64,000 nt of DNA from contig CAYSHP010000001.1 of assembly GCA_964430875.1 (NCBI GenBank), positions 22,005 to 86,004 on the forward strand, in the 5' to 3' direction. Each line of letters begins with the position of its first letter. Positions within the stretch are counted from its first letter, which is position 1. Below the pieces are notes generated by a model that was not told the origin of the DNA, did not search any database, and was given only the letters and a program-made list of their open reading frames with translations. The stretch comes from an uncultured Halanaerobiales bacterium (GTDB lineage Bacteria; Bacillota; Halanaerobiia; Halanaerobiales; M55B127). This document shows, one piece after another, positions 38,723-47,895 of the stretch. The position numbers were made by a program, and so were the translations under genes.

Positions 38723-39241
38723 ATGAGTACTAGGAAAATAGTAATAATCGCACTTTTGGTTGGTTTAGGTTTAGTTTTACATTTAGTAGAAAATATGTTA
38801 CCTTTGTCTTTTATTATTCCCGGTGCAAAATTAGGGTTAGCCAATATTGCTAATCTATTGGGACTTATATTATTTGGATTTATTGCCGGCCTGCAAATTC
38901 TTTTACTAAGAATTTTTTTAGGTTCAATATTGGCCGGTACTTTTATGACTATAAACTTTTATTTAAGTCTAAGTGGCGGTATTTTAGGATATTTGATAAT
39001 GAGTATGTTTTTTTATTATTTCAGAAATAAATTCAGTATAATTGGAGTTAGTTTAGGTGGAGCAGTTTTCCATAATGTTGGACAAATCGTAACCGCTTAT
39101 CTCATTATTTCCAATGATGCCATTTTTTATTATCTACCATACTTAATTTTATTAGCCTTACCTACAGGAGTAGGTATTGGACTAGTAGCTATATTTACGT
39201 ATAATTATTTACCCCGTGGACTAAAAAGGATTGATATATAA
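38723..39241 (+). CDS. Gx transporter family protein (heptaprenyl diphosphate synthase component I-like, PF07456)
   Basis: 172-aa 5-TM protein with the N-terminal LHLVENMLP motif. Usual partner of DUF1312 genes. Confidence 0.65.
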   Translation: MSTRKIVIIALLVGLGLVLHLVENMLPLSFIIPGAKLGLANIANLLGLILFGFIAGLQILLLRIFLGSILAGTFMTINFYLSLSGGILGYLIMSMFFYYFRNKFSIIGVSLGGAVFHNVGQIVTAYLIISNDAIFYYLPYLILLALPTGVGIGLVAIFTYNYLPRGLKRIDI

Positions 39242-39822
39242 TGATAGATAAAAAAATAATATTAGCCTCCTCATCCGATAGGAGAAAAGATTTACTTACT
39301 CGCTTAGGAATAAAATATACTGCAATGCCGAGTAAAATTGATGAAAGTGGATTTGATTATGAACGTCCCGAAAAATTAGTTCAAGAACTATCTTTAGCTA
39401 AAGCATCAAATGTAGCTAAAGTAGTTGAAAATGCTTTGATTATAGCTGCAGACACTATAGTAGCTTATGATAACAAGATTTTAGGTAAACCAGAAGATGA
39501 AGAAGATGCTAAGAAAATGCTTAAATTAATAGAAAACGATACACATGAAGTATATACTGGTATAGCACTAATTTCAGCCAATGATGAAATGCATTTTTTA
39601 GATTATGATGTAACAGAAGTTTATATGCGTAAAATTAATGATGAAGAAATAGATAGGTACATAAAAACCGGAGAACCTATGGATAAAGCTGGTTCTTATG
39701 GAATCCAGGGTAAAGGTGGTATATTTGTAAATAAAATAATAGGGTCATATTTTACGGTGATGGGACTACCAATTCATATGTTATCAATGGCCCTAAAAAG
39801 TTTTAGTATAGAGATAATATAG
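39241..39822 (+). CDS. maf: Maf-like nucleoside triphosphate pyrophosphatase
   Basis: ILASSSDRRKDLL, AADTIV, DKAGSYGIQG motifs. Confidence 0.92.
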   Translation: MIDKKIILASSSDRRKDLLTRLGIKYTAMPSKIDESGFDYERPEKLVQELSLAKASNVAKVVENALIIAADTIVAYDNKILGKPEDEEDAKKMLKLIENDTHEVYTGIALISANDEMHFLDYDVTEVYMRKINDEEIDRYIKTGEPMDKAGSYGIQGKGGIFVNKIIGSYFTVMGLPIHMLSMALKSFSIEII

Positions 39823-39906
39823 ATAATCATATTAATTTTTAAAGTAATGTATTAGAAAGGAGTTAATATAACAATTATATCAAATAATAAATATACTATT
39901 AAAGAG

Positions 39907-40566
39907 ATGCCATTAGATAAAAGACCAAGAGAAAAAATGATTAAATATGGTAGTAATAGTCTTACTACCGAAGAATTAGTTGCCTTGATTATTAGAACAG
40001 GCAGCAAAAAAGAAACTGCAATCGATTTAGCTAATAATCTATTAAATCAAACCAATGGTTTAAAGGGTATAATAGATTTTACACCAGAAGAATTTATGAA
40101 GTATCGAGGTATTGGTAAAGCAAAAGGTACTCAACTATGTGCTGTAATAGAATTAAGTAAAAGGATAAGTAGTTGTAAATTCCAGGGCAAGGTGGTTTTA
40201 AATTCACCAAAAGATGCTGCTTCCTTTTTAATGCCAATGATGAGATATCTTAGACAAGAACATTTATATGCAGTACTTTTGGATGTTAAAAATAAAGTAA
40301 TTGCAAAGACATTAATATCAAAAGGTGGGCTTTCAAGTTCTACGGTTCATCCCAGAGAAGTATTTAAAAAAGCTATTAAAAAAAGTTGTGCAAGCATAAT
40401 AATAGCTCATAATCATCCCAGTGGTGATCCAACTCCCAGTGATAATGATATTGAAGTTACAAACAGATTATTTTCAGCAGGTGAAGTTTTAGGGATAGAA
40501 GTTATGGACCATATAATAATTGGTGATGACAAATATATTAGTTTAAAAGCAAAAAAATTATTTTAA
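39907..40566 (+). CDS. radC: RadC-family JAB-domain protein (N-terminus probably extends upstream, see findings)
   Basis: [10 protein letters not shown], HhH region, JAMM motif [14 protein letters not shown]. Confidence 0.9.
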   Translation: MPLDKRPREKMIKYGSNSLTTEELVALIIRTGSKKETAIDLANNLLNQTNGLKGIIDFTPEEFMKYRGIGKAKGTQLCAVIELSKRISSCKFQGKVVLNSPKDAASFLMPMMRYLRQEHLYAVLLDVKNKVIAKTLISKGGLSSSTVHPREVFKKAIKKSCASIIIAHNHPSGDPTPSDNDIEVTNRLFSAGEVLGIEVMDHIIIGDDKYISLKAKKLF

Positions 40567-40589
40567 GATATATAAAAGGAGGAATAAAG

Positions 40590-41627
40590 TTGTTTAATTT
40601 TTTAAGTGCACCTTTTTCCCGGGATATGGGAATAGATTTAGGGACTGCTAATACTTTAGTATATGTAAAGGGAAAGGGTATTATAATAAGAGAACCCTCT
40701 GTTGTGGCTTTAAAAGAAAAAGATAAAAAGATATTAGCAGTTGGTAATGAAGCGAAAAATATGATTGGTAGAACACCAGGTAATATAAAGGCAGTTAGGC
40801 CGATGAAAGATGGAGTAATTGCAGATTTTGATGTAACCGAAACTATGCTCAGACATTTTATTAGAAAAGCTCATAAAAGAAATAGACTAGTAAGGCCACG
40901 TATTATTATATGTGTTCCTTCTGGTGTTACAGAAGTTGAAAAAAGAGCTGTTATTGATGCAGCTTTACAGGCGGGTGCCCGTAGTGCATTCTTAATAGAA
41001 GAACCAATGGCTGCTGCTATTGGAGCAGGTTTACCTATCCATGAACCTACTGGTAATATGATAGTTGATATCGGAGGCGGTACAACTGAGGTTGCTGTAA
41101 TTTCTCTTGGGGGTATTGTGACCAGTAGTTCTATAAGAATTGGCGGCGATGAAATGGATGAAGCTATTTCTCAATATATTAAAAAGAAATATAAGTTAAT
41201 GGTGGGTGAAAGAACAGCCGAACAAATCAAGATTGATATTGGAACAGCTACCGGAAATAATGAAGGTTTAACTAAAGAAATCAAAGGTCGTGACTTAGTA
41301 AATGGTTTACCTAAAACTGTCACAATAAATTCTGATGAAATAAAAGATGCTCTCAAAGAACCGGTAAATAATATTTTAGATGCTGTTAAAAGAACTTTAG
41401 AAAAAACTCCACCCGAATTAGCTTCCGATGTAATGGGTAGAGGTATTATACTAACCGGTGGAGGAGCATTATTACATGGTATAGATGAACTTCTAATAGA
41501 AACTACTCAAATGCCTGTCTATTTAGCCGAAGAACCCTTAGACTGTGTAGTAAATGGTACAGGTAATGCTTTAGAAGAATTAGATAAAATTAAAGATCTT
41601 TTAATTACCCCAAAAAAACTATCATAG
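40590..41627 (+). CDS. mreB: rod shape-determining protein MreB
   Basis: TTG start after AAAGGAGG. Actin-fold motifs DLGTANT and DIGGGTTE. Confidence 0.96.
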   Translation: MFNFLSAPFSRDMGIDLGTANTLVYVKGKGIIIREPSVVALKEKDKKILAVGNEAKNMIGRTPGNIKAVRPMKDGVIADFDVTETMLRHFIRKAHKRNRLVRPRIIICVPSGVTEVEKRAVIDAALQAGARSAFLIEEPMAAAIGAGLPIHEPTGNMIVDIGGGTTEVAVISLGGIVTSSSIRIGGDEMDEAISQYIKKKYKLMVGERTAEQIKIDIGTATGNNEGLTKEIKGRDLVNGLPKTVTINSDEIKDALKEPVNNILDAVKRTLEKTPPELASDVMGRGIILTGGGALLHGIDELLIETTQMPVYLAEEPLDCVVNGTGNALEELDKIKDLLITPKKLS

Positions 41628-41639
41628 GGGGAATAAAAA

Positions 41640-42464
41640 TTGGATAATAAAGGTAGATTAATATTTATTGCGATCATGATTGTATTATTAGCTTTAGTAG
41701 GTACCCTTTATTTTTTCAATATTAATATTTCATATTTCCAATATATCGAAAGTGGAATTTATAATTTAATAAGCCCCATTATTGAGTTTTTTTCAGGCAT
41801 ATATCATGAGACTGTTTCTTATTGGCATGGTTTGCTGAATGTAGATGAAGTGATGGAAAAAAATAAAAAGTTAGAGAAGGAATTAGCCTCTTTAAAACTA
41901 CAAAACATTATGCTAAAAGGCTTTCAAAGAGAAAACGAGCGATTAAGAAAACTATTATCTTTTAAAGAACATGTTCCCTTTGAAACAATTGGGGGAACAG
42001 TAATAGGATTTAGTCCTTCTTTATGGGAAAATAAGTTAATAATAAATCGTGGATCTAATGATGGTGTAAGAAAGAAAATGCCTGTTATCAGTTATAATGG
42101 TGCGCTTGTGGGTCGGATTGATTATGTTGGATCAAGCAGTTCACAAATTTCCTTGATTTATGATCCTGAATTTGTAGTGGGAGGTATTGTTCAGCGAAAT
42201 GAATCAAGAACTATTGGTATTGTAAAGGGCCAATTAAATAATGATACTATTAATATCATGGAAAAGATCTCTTGGGATGCAGATATAAAAAAAGGAGATA
42301 TTATTGTTACCTCTGGTTTTTCAAATAACTATCCTAAGGGTTTACCGATTGGTAGAGTACAGGAAATAAATTCAGATAATTATGGACTATCACAGAGTGC
42401 AGATATAAAGTTGTTTAGCTCAATAAATACAGTAGAAGAAGTATTAGTAATAACTGATTTTTAG
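41640..42464 (+). CDS. mreC: rod shape-determining protein MreC
   Basis: TM, coiled coil (LEKELASLKLQN), beta-barrel domains. Follows mreB. Confidence 0.9.
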   Translation: MDNKGRLIFIAIMIVLLALVGTLYFFNINISYFQYIESGIYNLISPIIEFFSGIYHETVSYWHGLLNVDEVMEKNKKLEKELASLKLQNIMLKGFQRENERLRKLLSFKEHVPFETIGGTVIGFSPSLWENKLIINRGSNDGVRKKMPVISYNGALVGRIDYVGSSSSQISLIYDPEFVVGGIVQRNESRTIGIVKGQLNNDTINIMEKISWDADIKKGDIIVTSGFSNNYPKGLPIGRVQEINSDNYGLSQSADIKLFSSINTVEEVLVITDF

Positions 42465-42475
42465 GAGGGCTCTTT

Positions 42476-42976
42476 TTGAATCGTAACATAATCTTTGTTT
42501 TAATATTAATAATTGGATTAGTCCTGCAGGTTACAATTTTATCCCTATATACTCCCTGGGATATAAAGCCGGATATAATTTTGGTTCTCGTAGTGGTTAT
42601 TTCAATTTTAGATGGACCTAAAACCGGTTTACTAATGGGGATTATTGGTGGATTACTGCAGGATATTTTTCTGGGTGAATTTATTTCAATAAATACAATT
42701 ATTAAAGCCCCTCTTGGATTTGTAAATGGTTTTATGGAAGGTCATTTTTTTAAAGGTAATTATCTATTAGCTCCAGTTATTACATTTGGTGCCTCTATAA
42801 TATATTACATGCTGACAATTGTTTTATCCGAAGAATTAATCTTTAGTATTAATTACTGGGAAAGTTTAAAAAATACAATAATACCAAGTTCAATATATAA
42901 TGCAGTATTATCTTTAATTATTTATATAATATTATACAGATTATTTTATTATGGTGAAAACTATTATGGAAGATAG
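42476..42976 (+). CDS. mreD: rod shape-determining protein MreD
   Basis: Small polytopic protein after mreC. Confidence 0.85.
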   Translation: MNRNIIFVLILIIGLVLQVTILSLYTPWDIKPDIILVLVVVISILDGPKTGLLMGIIGGLLQDIFLGEFISINTIIKAPLGFVNGFMEGHFFKGNYLLAPVITFGASIIYYMLTIVLSEELIFSINYWESLKNTIIPSSIYNAVLSLIIYIILYRLFYYGENYYGR

Positions 42977-44945
42977 AATAAAAATTTTTAAAGTTATATT
43001 AATAATAATTTTTATCCTTTTAGTTGCAAGAGCCTTTCAACTTCAAATACTAAATGGAGACTACTATTATAATCTATCAGAAGGAAACAGGACATCCTTT
43101 CGTCCTATTAGTGCCCCACGAGGTAAAATAATAGATAGTGATGGAGAAATTTTAGTAAATAATAAACTATCTCATAGCCTCTATTTACTTCCAAATGAAA
43201 TTCCTCCTAAATTAAAAGTAGATTCTTTATTAAGCAAAATTGCCAATCTAACTTCATTAACCTATGAGAATTTATTAAGCAATTATAACTTTAGTAAAAA
43301 GAAGATGAATAATCAAAATGCTTTAATATTAAAGAGGAATATCAATAAAGAAGATATGGTCATATTATTAGAAAACCAGGAGGAGTTACCTGGTATTTTA
43401 GTGAAGGAATCTTCTATAAGAGACTATGTATATGAGGATTTAGCCTCTCATATTATTGGATATGTGGGTGAAATTAGCAAATCTGAGTTAAGATATTATC
43501 AAAGTCAGGGGATAAATAGTTATAATGTGCAGGATATGATAGGAAAATCGGGACTTGAAAAAGAATATGAATCATATTTAAAAGGTGAAGATGGTATTAG
43601 ACAGATTGAAGTTAATAACGTGGGAGAAATGGTCAAAGAACTTGGTACAAAGCCTCCGGTTCCTGGTAATAATATTGTTTTGAATTTTGATTTAGATTAT
43701 CAGCGGGAAATTGAAAAGATTTTAAAAAAACATATTGAACGACTTATGCAGGAAGCAGAAGATGACCCAGAAAGATATAAACCAACAGGGGGTTCAGCCA
43801 TTGTTTTAAATCCAAACAATGGTGAAGTTATTGCAATGGCAAGTTATCCTGATTTTGATCCTAACTTATTTTCAACTGGACTGAGTACAAAGGATTATCA
43901 AGATTTATCAAATGATCCTATGAAACCTTTATTAAATAGGAATATTATGGCAGCTGTGCCACCGGGTTCATTATTTAAATTAGTTACGGGTAGTGCAGCA
44001 ATAAAATATCTTAATATAAATGGAGATACAGAATTTGTTGATGAAAATGGATTATTTTATATTCCAGACTGGTCGAGACCTTTTAGAAATTGGCATCCTG
44101 GCGGGGAAGGTAGGCTTGATTTTACAAAAGCAATTGCTCGTTCTAATAATATAATATTTTATAAATTAGGTTATAGATTATATGAACAGTATCAAGGTGA
44201 TAAATTAGTGAATACTGCTTTAAACTATGGATTAGGCCAAAAAACGGAAATTGATTTACCAGAGGAAAAAAAAGGAATAGTACCAAAAGGTGCTATTGAT
44301 GATCAAAATGGTAATTGGTATCCAGGTGATTCGGTCAATCTTTCGATTGGACAAGGTGGTTTATTAACCACCCCTATTCAATTGGTGAATTATATTTCAG
44401 CTATTGCCAACAATGGTACTTTGTATCGACCTTATTTAGTAGATAAAATTAAAAATGCTAAGGGAGAAATTATATACGAGCAAAGTCCCCAAGTGATTAG
44501 AAAATTAGATTACAGTAATCAGTTATTCGAAATACTACATGAAGGTATGCAAGAAGTTACAATGTCTTCTTATGGTACCGCAAGAAGTACTTTTAGAGAA
44601 TTTCCCATCAAGGTAGCGGGGAAAACAGGAACTGCGCAAACTGGAACTGAAGATGTCAGTCATGGATGGTTTGGTGGGTTTGCTCCAACTGAGAATCCAG
44701 AGATAGCAGTTCTAGTATTTTTAGAAAATGGTAGTTCTTCTACTTATACTTTACCAATTGCTGGTGACATAATTAAAGAATATTTTGGGATTGAAACTGA
44801 AGTTGCTGAGGTTGATAGTGAAGAAAATGAACAAGAAGTAAATGAAAAAGAAGAACAAAACGAAAACAAACAGACCCAATCTAATCAACAAGAGGATAAA
44901 AGTAATTTATTTGAATATATTAGAGATGTATTTTCTTCAGATTAG
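42951..44945 (+). CDS. mrdA: penicillin-binding protein 2 (elongasome transpeptidase)
   Basis: PBP dimerisation plus transpeptidase domains: SLFK (SxxK), SNN, KTGTA. Acidic C-terminal tail. Confidence 0.9.
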   Translation: MVKTIMEDRIKIFKVILIIIFILLVARAFQLQILNGDYYYNLSEGNRTSFRPISAPRGKIIDSDGEILVNNKLSHSLYLLPNEIPPKLKVDSLLSKIANLTSLTYENLLSNYNFSKKKMNNQNALILKRNINKEDMVILLENQEELPGILVKESSIRDYVYEDLASHIIGYVGEISKSELRYYQSQGINSYNVQDMIGKSGLEKEYESYLKGEDGIRQIEVNNVGEMVKELGTKPPVPGNNIVLNFDLDYQREIEKILKKHIERLMQEAEDDPERYKPTGGSAIVLNPNNGEVIAMASYPDFDPNLFSTGLSTKDYQDLSNDPMKPLLNRNIMAAVPPGSLFKLVTGSAAIKYLNINGDTEFVDENGLFYIPDWSRPFRNWHPGGEGRLDFTKAIARSNNIIFYKLGYRLYEQYQGDKLVNTALNYGLGQKTEIDLPEEKKGIVPKGAIDDQNGNWYPGDSVNLSIGQGGLLTTPIQLVNYISAIANNGTLYRPYLVDKIKNAKGEIIYEQSPQVIRKLDYSNQLFEILHEGMQEVTMSSYGTARSTFREFPIKVAGKTGTAQTGTEDVSHGWFGGFAPTENPEIAVLVFLENGSSSTYTLPIAGDIIKEYFGIETEVAEVDSEENEQEVNEKEEQNENKQTQSNQQEDKSNLFEYIRDVFSSD

Positions 44946-45004
44946 AAAAGGAATTTATCATTAACTAGTGAATTTAATATAATGAGAAAGGAAAGATATA
45001 AATT

Positions 45005-45619
45005 ATGAAATCACCGATTTCTTTTAAAGTGGCTAAAAATGGCATAGTGCTAAAGCTTGATCCTAATGCTGAATTTAATCGAATAAAAAATGCATTGCGA
45101 GATCATGTAACTAGTGCTACAAATTTTTATGCTGGTGCTGATTTATATATAAATATAGCTGATAATAGTTTTAAAATTGACCAATTAAATGAGATAGTAA
45201 ATATTGCACGTGGCTATAAAGACGTAAAAAATATTATATTTACAAGTGATGTAATAAAAAAAGATACTATTGAAATTAATAATGAAGGAGAAACTTATCT
45301 AATAAATAGAACATTAAGATCAGGTCAAAAAGTTAAAAAATCAGGAAATGTAGTAATAATTGGTGATATAAATCCAGGTGCAGAGGTAATTGCCGGCGGA
45401 GATATTATCGTTTTTGGCAAAATTAGAGGGGTTGTTCACGCCGGAGCAGGAGGTTCTACCGAAGCTTCTGTTACTGCTTTAAAATTAGAACCTACTCAAT
45501 TAAGAATATCTAAAAAGATTGCAAGACCTCCTGAAGAAAGCAAAAATAGAAAAAGTTTGAACCCTGAAAGGGCTTTTATTCAGGATGGACAAATTATGGT
45601 CGAGAATTTTGAAATATAA
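45005..45619 (+). CDS. minC: septum site-determining protein MinC
   Basis: C-terminal beta-helix repeats (GDINPGAEVIAGGDIIVFGKIRG). Upstream of minD. Confidence 0.9.
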   Translation: MKSPISFKVAKNGIVLKLDPNAEFNRIKNALRDHVTSATNFYAGADLYINIADNSFKIDQLNEIVNIARGYKDVKNIIFTSDVIKKDTIEINNEGETYLINRTLRSGQKVKKSGNVVIIGDINPGAEVIAGGDIIVFGKIRGVVHAGAGGSTEASVTALKLEPTQLRISKKIARPPEESKNRKSLNPERAFIQDGQIMVENFEI

Positions 45620-45643
45620 AATTATAAAAATGGAGGGAAAAAA

Positions 45644-46438
45644 TTGGCAGGCAAATCATTAGTAATTACTTCGGGTAAAGGTGGAGTTGGTAAGACAACA
45701 ACCGTTGCTAACATTGGTACAGCGTTAGCTATGATGGACTATAAAGTTTGTCTTATTGACGCAGATATTGGATTAAGAAATTTAGATGTAGTTATGGGTT
45801 TAGAAAACAGAATTGTATATGATATCGTTGATGTAGTAGAAGATAATTGCAGATTAGAACAGGCTTTAATTAGAGACAAAAGGCATAAAAACTTATTCTT
45901 ATTACCTGCTGCTCAAACTAGAGATAAAACAGCAGTACAGCCTAACCAGATGAAGTCCTTAGTTGAAGATTTAAAAAAAGAAATGGATTATGTAGTAATT
46001 GATTCTCCAGCAGGTATAGAACAGGGTTTTAAAAACGCGATTGCAGGTGCAGATTTTGCCTTGATCGTGACTACACCTGAAGTTTCAGCAGTTAGAGATG
46101 CAGACCGTATTATTGGATTATTAGAAGCAGAAGGTCTAAAAGATCCTGAGGTTATTATAAATAGAATAAATGCCGAGATGGTCAGTAGAGGAGATATGAT
46201 GAATATTGAAGATATTATTGAGATATTAGCTGTTCAATTAAAAGGGATTGTTCCAGAAGATAATATCATTATAGTTTCTTCTAATAGAGGTGAACCAGTA
46301 GTACTTAAAGATAATCCAAAAGCCGGACAGGCTTTTAAAAATATAGCAAAGAGAATAACTGGGGAAGAAGTTAATTTTATTTCACTTGAAGACAATTCAT
46401 TTTTTACTAAACTTAAAAAAATATTTAGTTTTTCTTAA
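45644..46438 (+). CDS. minD: septum site-determining ATPase MinD
   Basis: Deviant Walker A GKGGVGKTT. C-terminal amphipathic helix (FFTKLKKIFSF). Confidence 0.96.
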   Translation: MAGKSLVITSGKGGVGKTTTVANIGTALAMMDYKVCLIDADIGLRNLDVVMGLENRIVYDIVDVVEDNCRLEQALIRDKRHKNLFLLPAAQTRDKTAVQPNQMKSLVEDLKKEMDYVVIDSPAGIEQGFKNAIAGADFALIVTTPEVSAVRDADRIIGLLEAEGLKDPEVIINRINAEMVSRGDMMNIEDIIEILAVQLKGIVPEDNIIIVSSNRGEPVVLKDNPKAGQAFKNIAKRITGEEVNFISLEDNSFFTKLKKIFSFS

Positions 46439-46455
46439 TAAAGGGGGTAATTACA

Positions 46456-46719
46456 ATCGGGTTATTAGAATTTTTAGGACTGAGAAAGAAAAAAGATGAG
46501 ACCAGCAAAAATGTTGCAAAGGAAAGACTACAGTTTATTTTGGTTCAGGATAGGATTAAACTATCACCTTCTGAAATGGAATCACTTAAAAAAGATTTAC
46601 TTAAAGTGATGAAAAAGTATGTAGATGTTGATGATAGGGAAATAGAAATGGAAATCAATAGAGAAGAGCAGATGATGGCTATGGTTGCTAATTTTCCGCT
46701 TAGGAGGAATAATCAATAG
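46456..46719 (+). CDS. minE: cell division topological specificity factor MinE (absent from the ORF track; apparent ATC start)
   Basis: My own translation: (I/M)GLLEFLGLRKKKDETSKNVAKERLQFILVQDRIKLSPSEMESLKKDLLKVMKKYVDVDDREIEMEINREEQMMAMVANFPLRRNNQ, stop TAG 46717-46719. SD AAGGGGG lies 8 nt upstream of ATC 46456. The start codon is uncertain. Confidence 0.85.
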   Translation: MGLLEFLGLRKKKDETSKNVAKERLQFILVQDRIKLSPSEMESLKKDLLKVMKKYVDVDDREIEMEINREEQMMAMVANFPLRRNNQ

Positions 46720-46732
46720 AAGGAAGTAAACT

Positions 46733-47869
46733 ATGCATTTTGAAAAAAAATTATTTAAAAATTTAAATTTATATATTCCGATAACTGTTATATTATTAAT
46801 TGTTATAGGGACTTTTGCTATAAGTAGTGCTGTGGAATTAAATAAAGTTGGTTCTAATAGTTCTATTTTCTTAAAAAAGCAGATTATTGCTGCAGTTTTA
46901 GGAATTATAGCAGCGATTATCATCCAATTTTTTGATTACCGTATATTTAAGGAGTATGCTCAGCTGATATTTGGTACGATGATTATTATTTTGGTGATGA
47001 CTCATCTCTATGGTGCTAATATTAGCGGAGGACGTAGATGGTTAGACCTGGGTTTTGTAAATATCCAGCCTTCTGAATTAGCTAAGATTGTCTTAATTTT
47101 AGTATTAGCAGCAATTTTAGATCAGAAAAAGGAGTTAAATTCAATCAAAGACTTAATTTTACCATTTGGTTATTTTTTAGTTCCTTTTTTACTTATTGTT
47201 TTTGAAAATGATTTAGGTACAGCCCTTGTATTACTGGTAATATTTGTAGTAATGCTATATATAGCTGGTGCTAATAAAAAGTTTATGTATGTTTTTTTCG
47301 GGGGCGGTTTTGTAACTATAATTGGTTTAATAGCTTCTCATATTACTTTCGGTACTCCATTACCATTTTTAAAAGAATACCAATTAAATCGATTAATAGC
47401 CTTTATTAATCCCAATATTGATCCTCGGGGAATTGGATATAATATAATACAATCCAAAATAGCTCTAGGTTCAGGTAGATTAAGTGGTAAAGGTCTATTT
47501 GCAGGCACCCAAAACCAGCTTAATTTTTTACCCGCAAAACATACAGATTTCATTTTTTCTGTTATTGGTGAAGAGTTTGGGTTTATCGGAGTATTGGTCG
47601 TAATTATTCTTTTCTTATTACTATTTTGGCAGTTATTTAATATTGTTTTTCAGGCAAAAGATAGATTTGGAAAATTAGTAGTCACTGGTATTATTGCAAT
47701 GTTTTTCTTTCATGTAATTGAAAATATTGGAATGACCATGGGAGTTATGCCTATAACTGGTATTCCACTTCCTTTTATTAGTTATGGTGGTACCTCAATG
47801 GTAACATCAATAGTAGCTGTAGGTATAGCATTGAATGTAAATATTCGAAAGAAAAAATTACATTTTTAG
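46733..47869 (+). CDS. rodA: SEDS-family peptidoglycan glycosyltransferase RodA
   Basis: FtsW/RodA/SpoVE family motifs (IQPSELAK, TDFIFSVIGEE.G, PLPFISYGGTS). Follows minCDE. Confidence 0.9.
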   Translation: MHFEKKLFKNLNLYIPITVILLIVIGTFAISSAVELNKVGSNSSIFLKKQIIAAVLGIIAAIIIQFFDYRIFKEYAQLIFGTMIIILVMTHLYGANISGGRRWLDLGFVNIQPSELAKIVLILVLAAILDQKKELNSIKDLILPFGYFLVPFLLIVFENDLGTALVLLVIFVVMLYIAGANKKFMYVFFGGGFVTIIGLIASHITFGTPLPFLKEYQLNRLIAFINPNIDPRGIGYNIIQSKIALGSGRLSGKGLFAGTQNQLNFLPAKHTDFIFSVIGEEFGFIGVLVVIILFLLLFWQLFNIVFQAKDRFGKLVVTGIIAMFFFHVIENIGMTMGVMPITGIPLPFISYGGTSMVTSIVAVGIALNVNIRKKKLHF

Positions 47870-47895
47870 TAGCAAAATTTAAGGAGTTAATACAG

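Noticed and set aside
46597-46923. A 108-aa minus-strand ORF listed across the minE-rodA junction.
   Set aside because: It runs antisense to two recognisable + strand genes (minE, rodA). It has no RBS and an Ile/Phe-rich artefactual composition.
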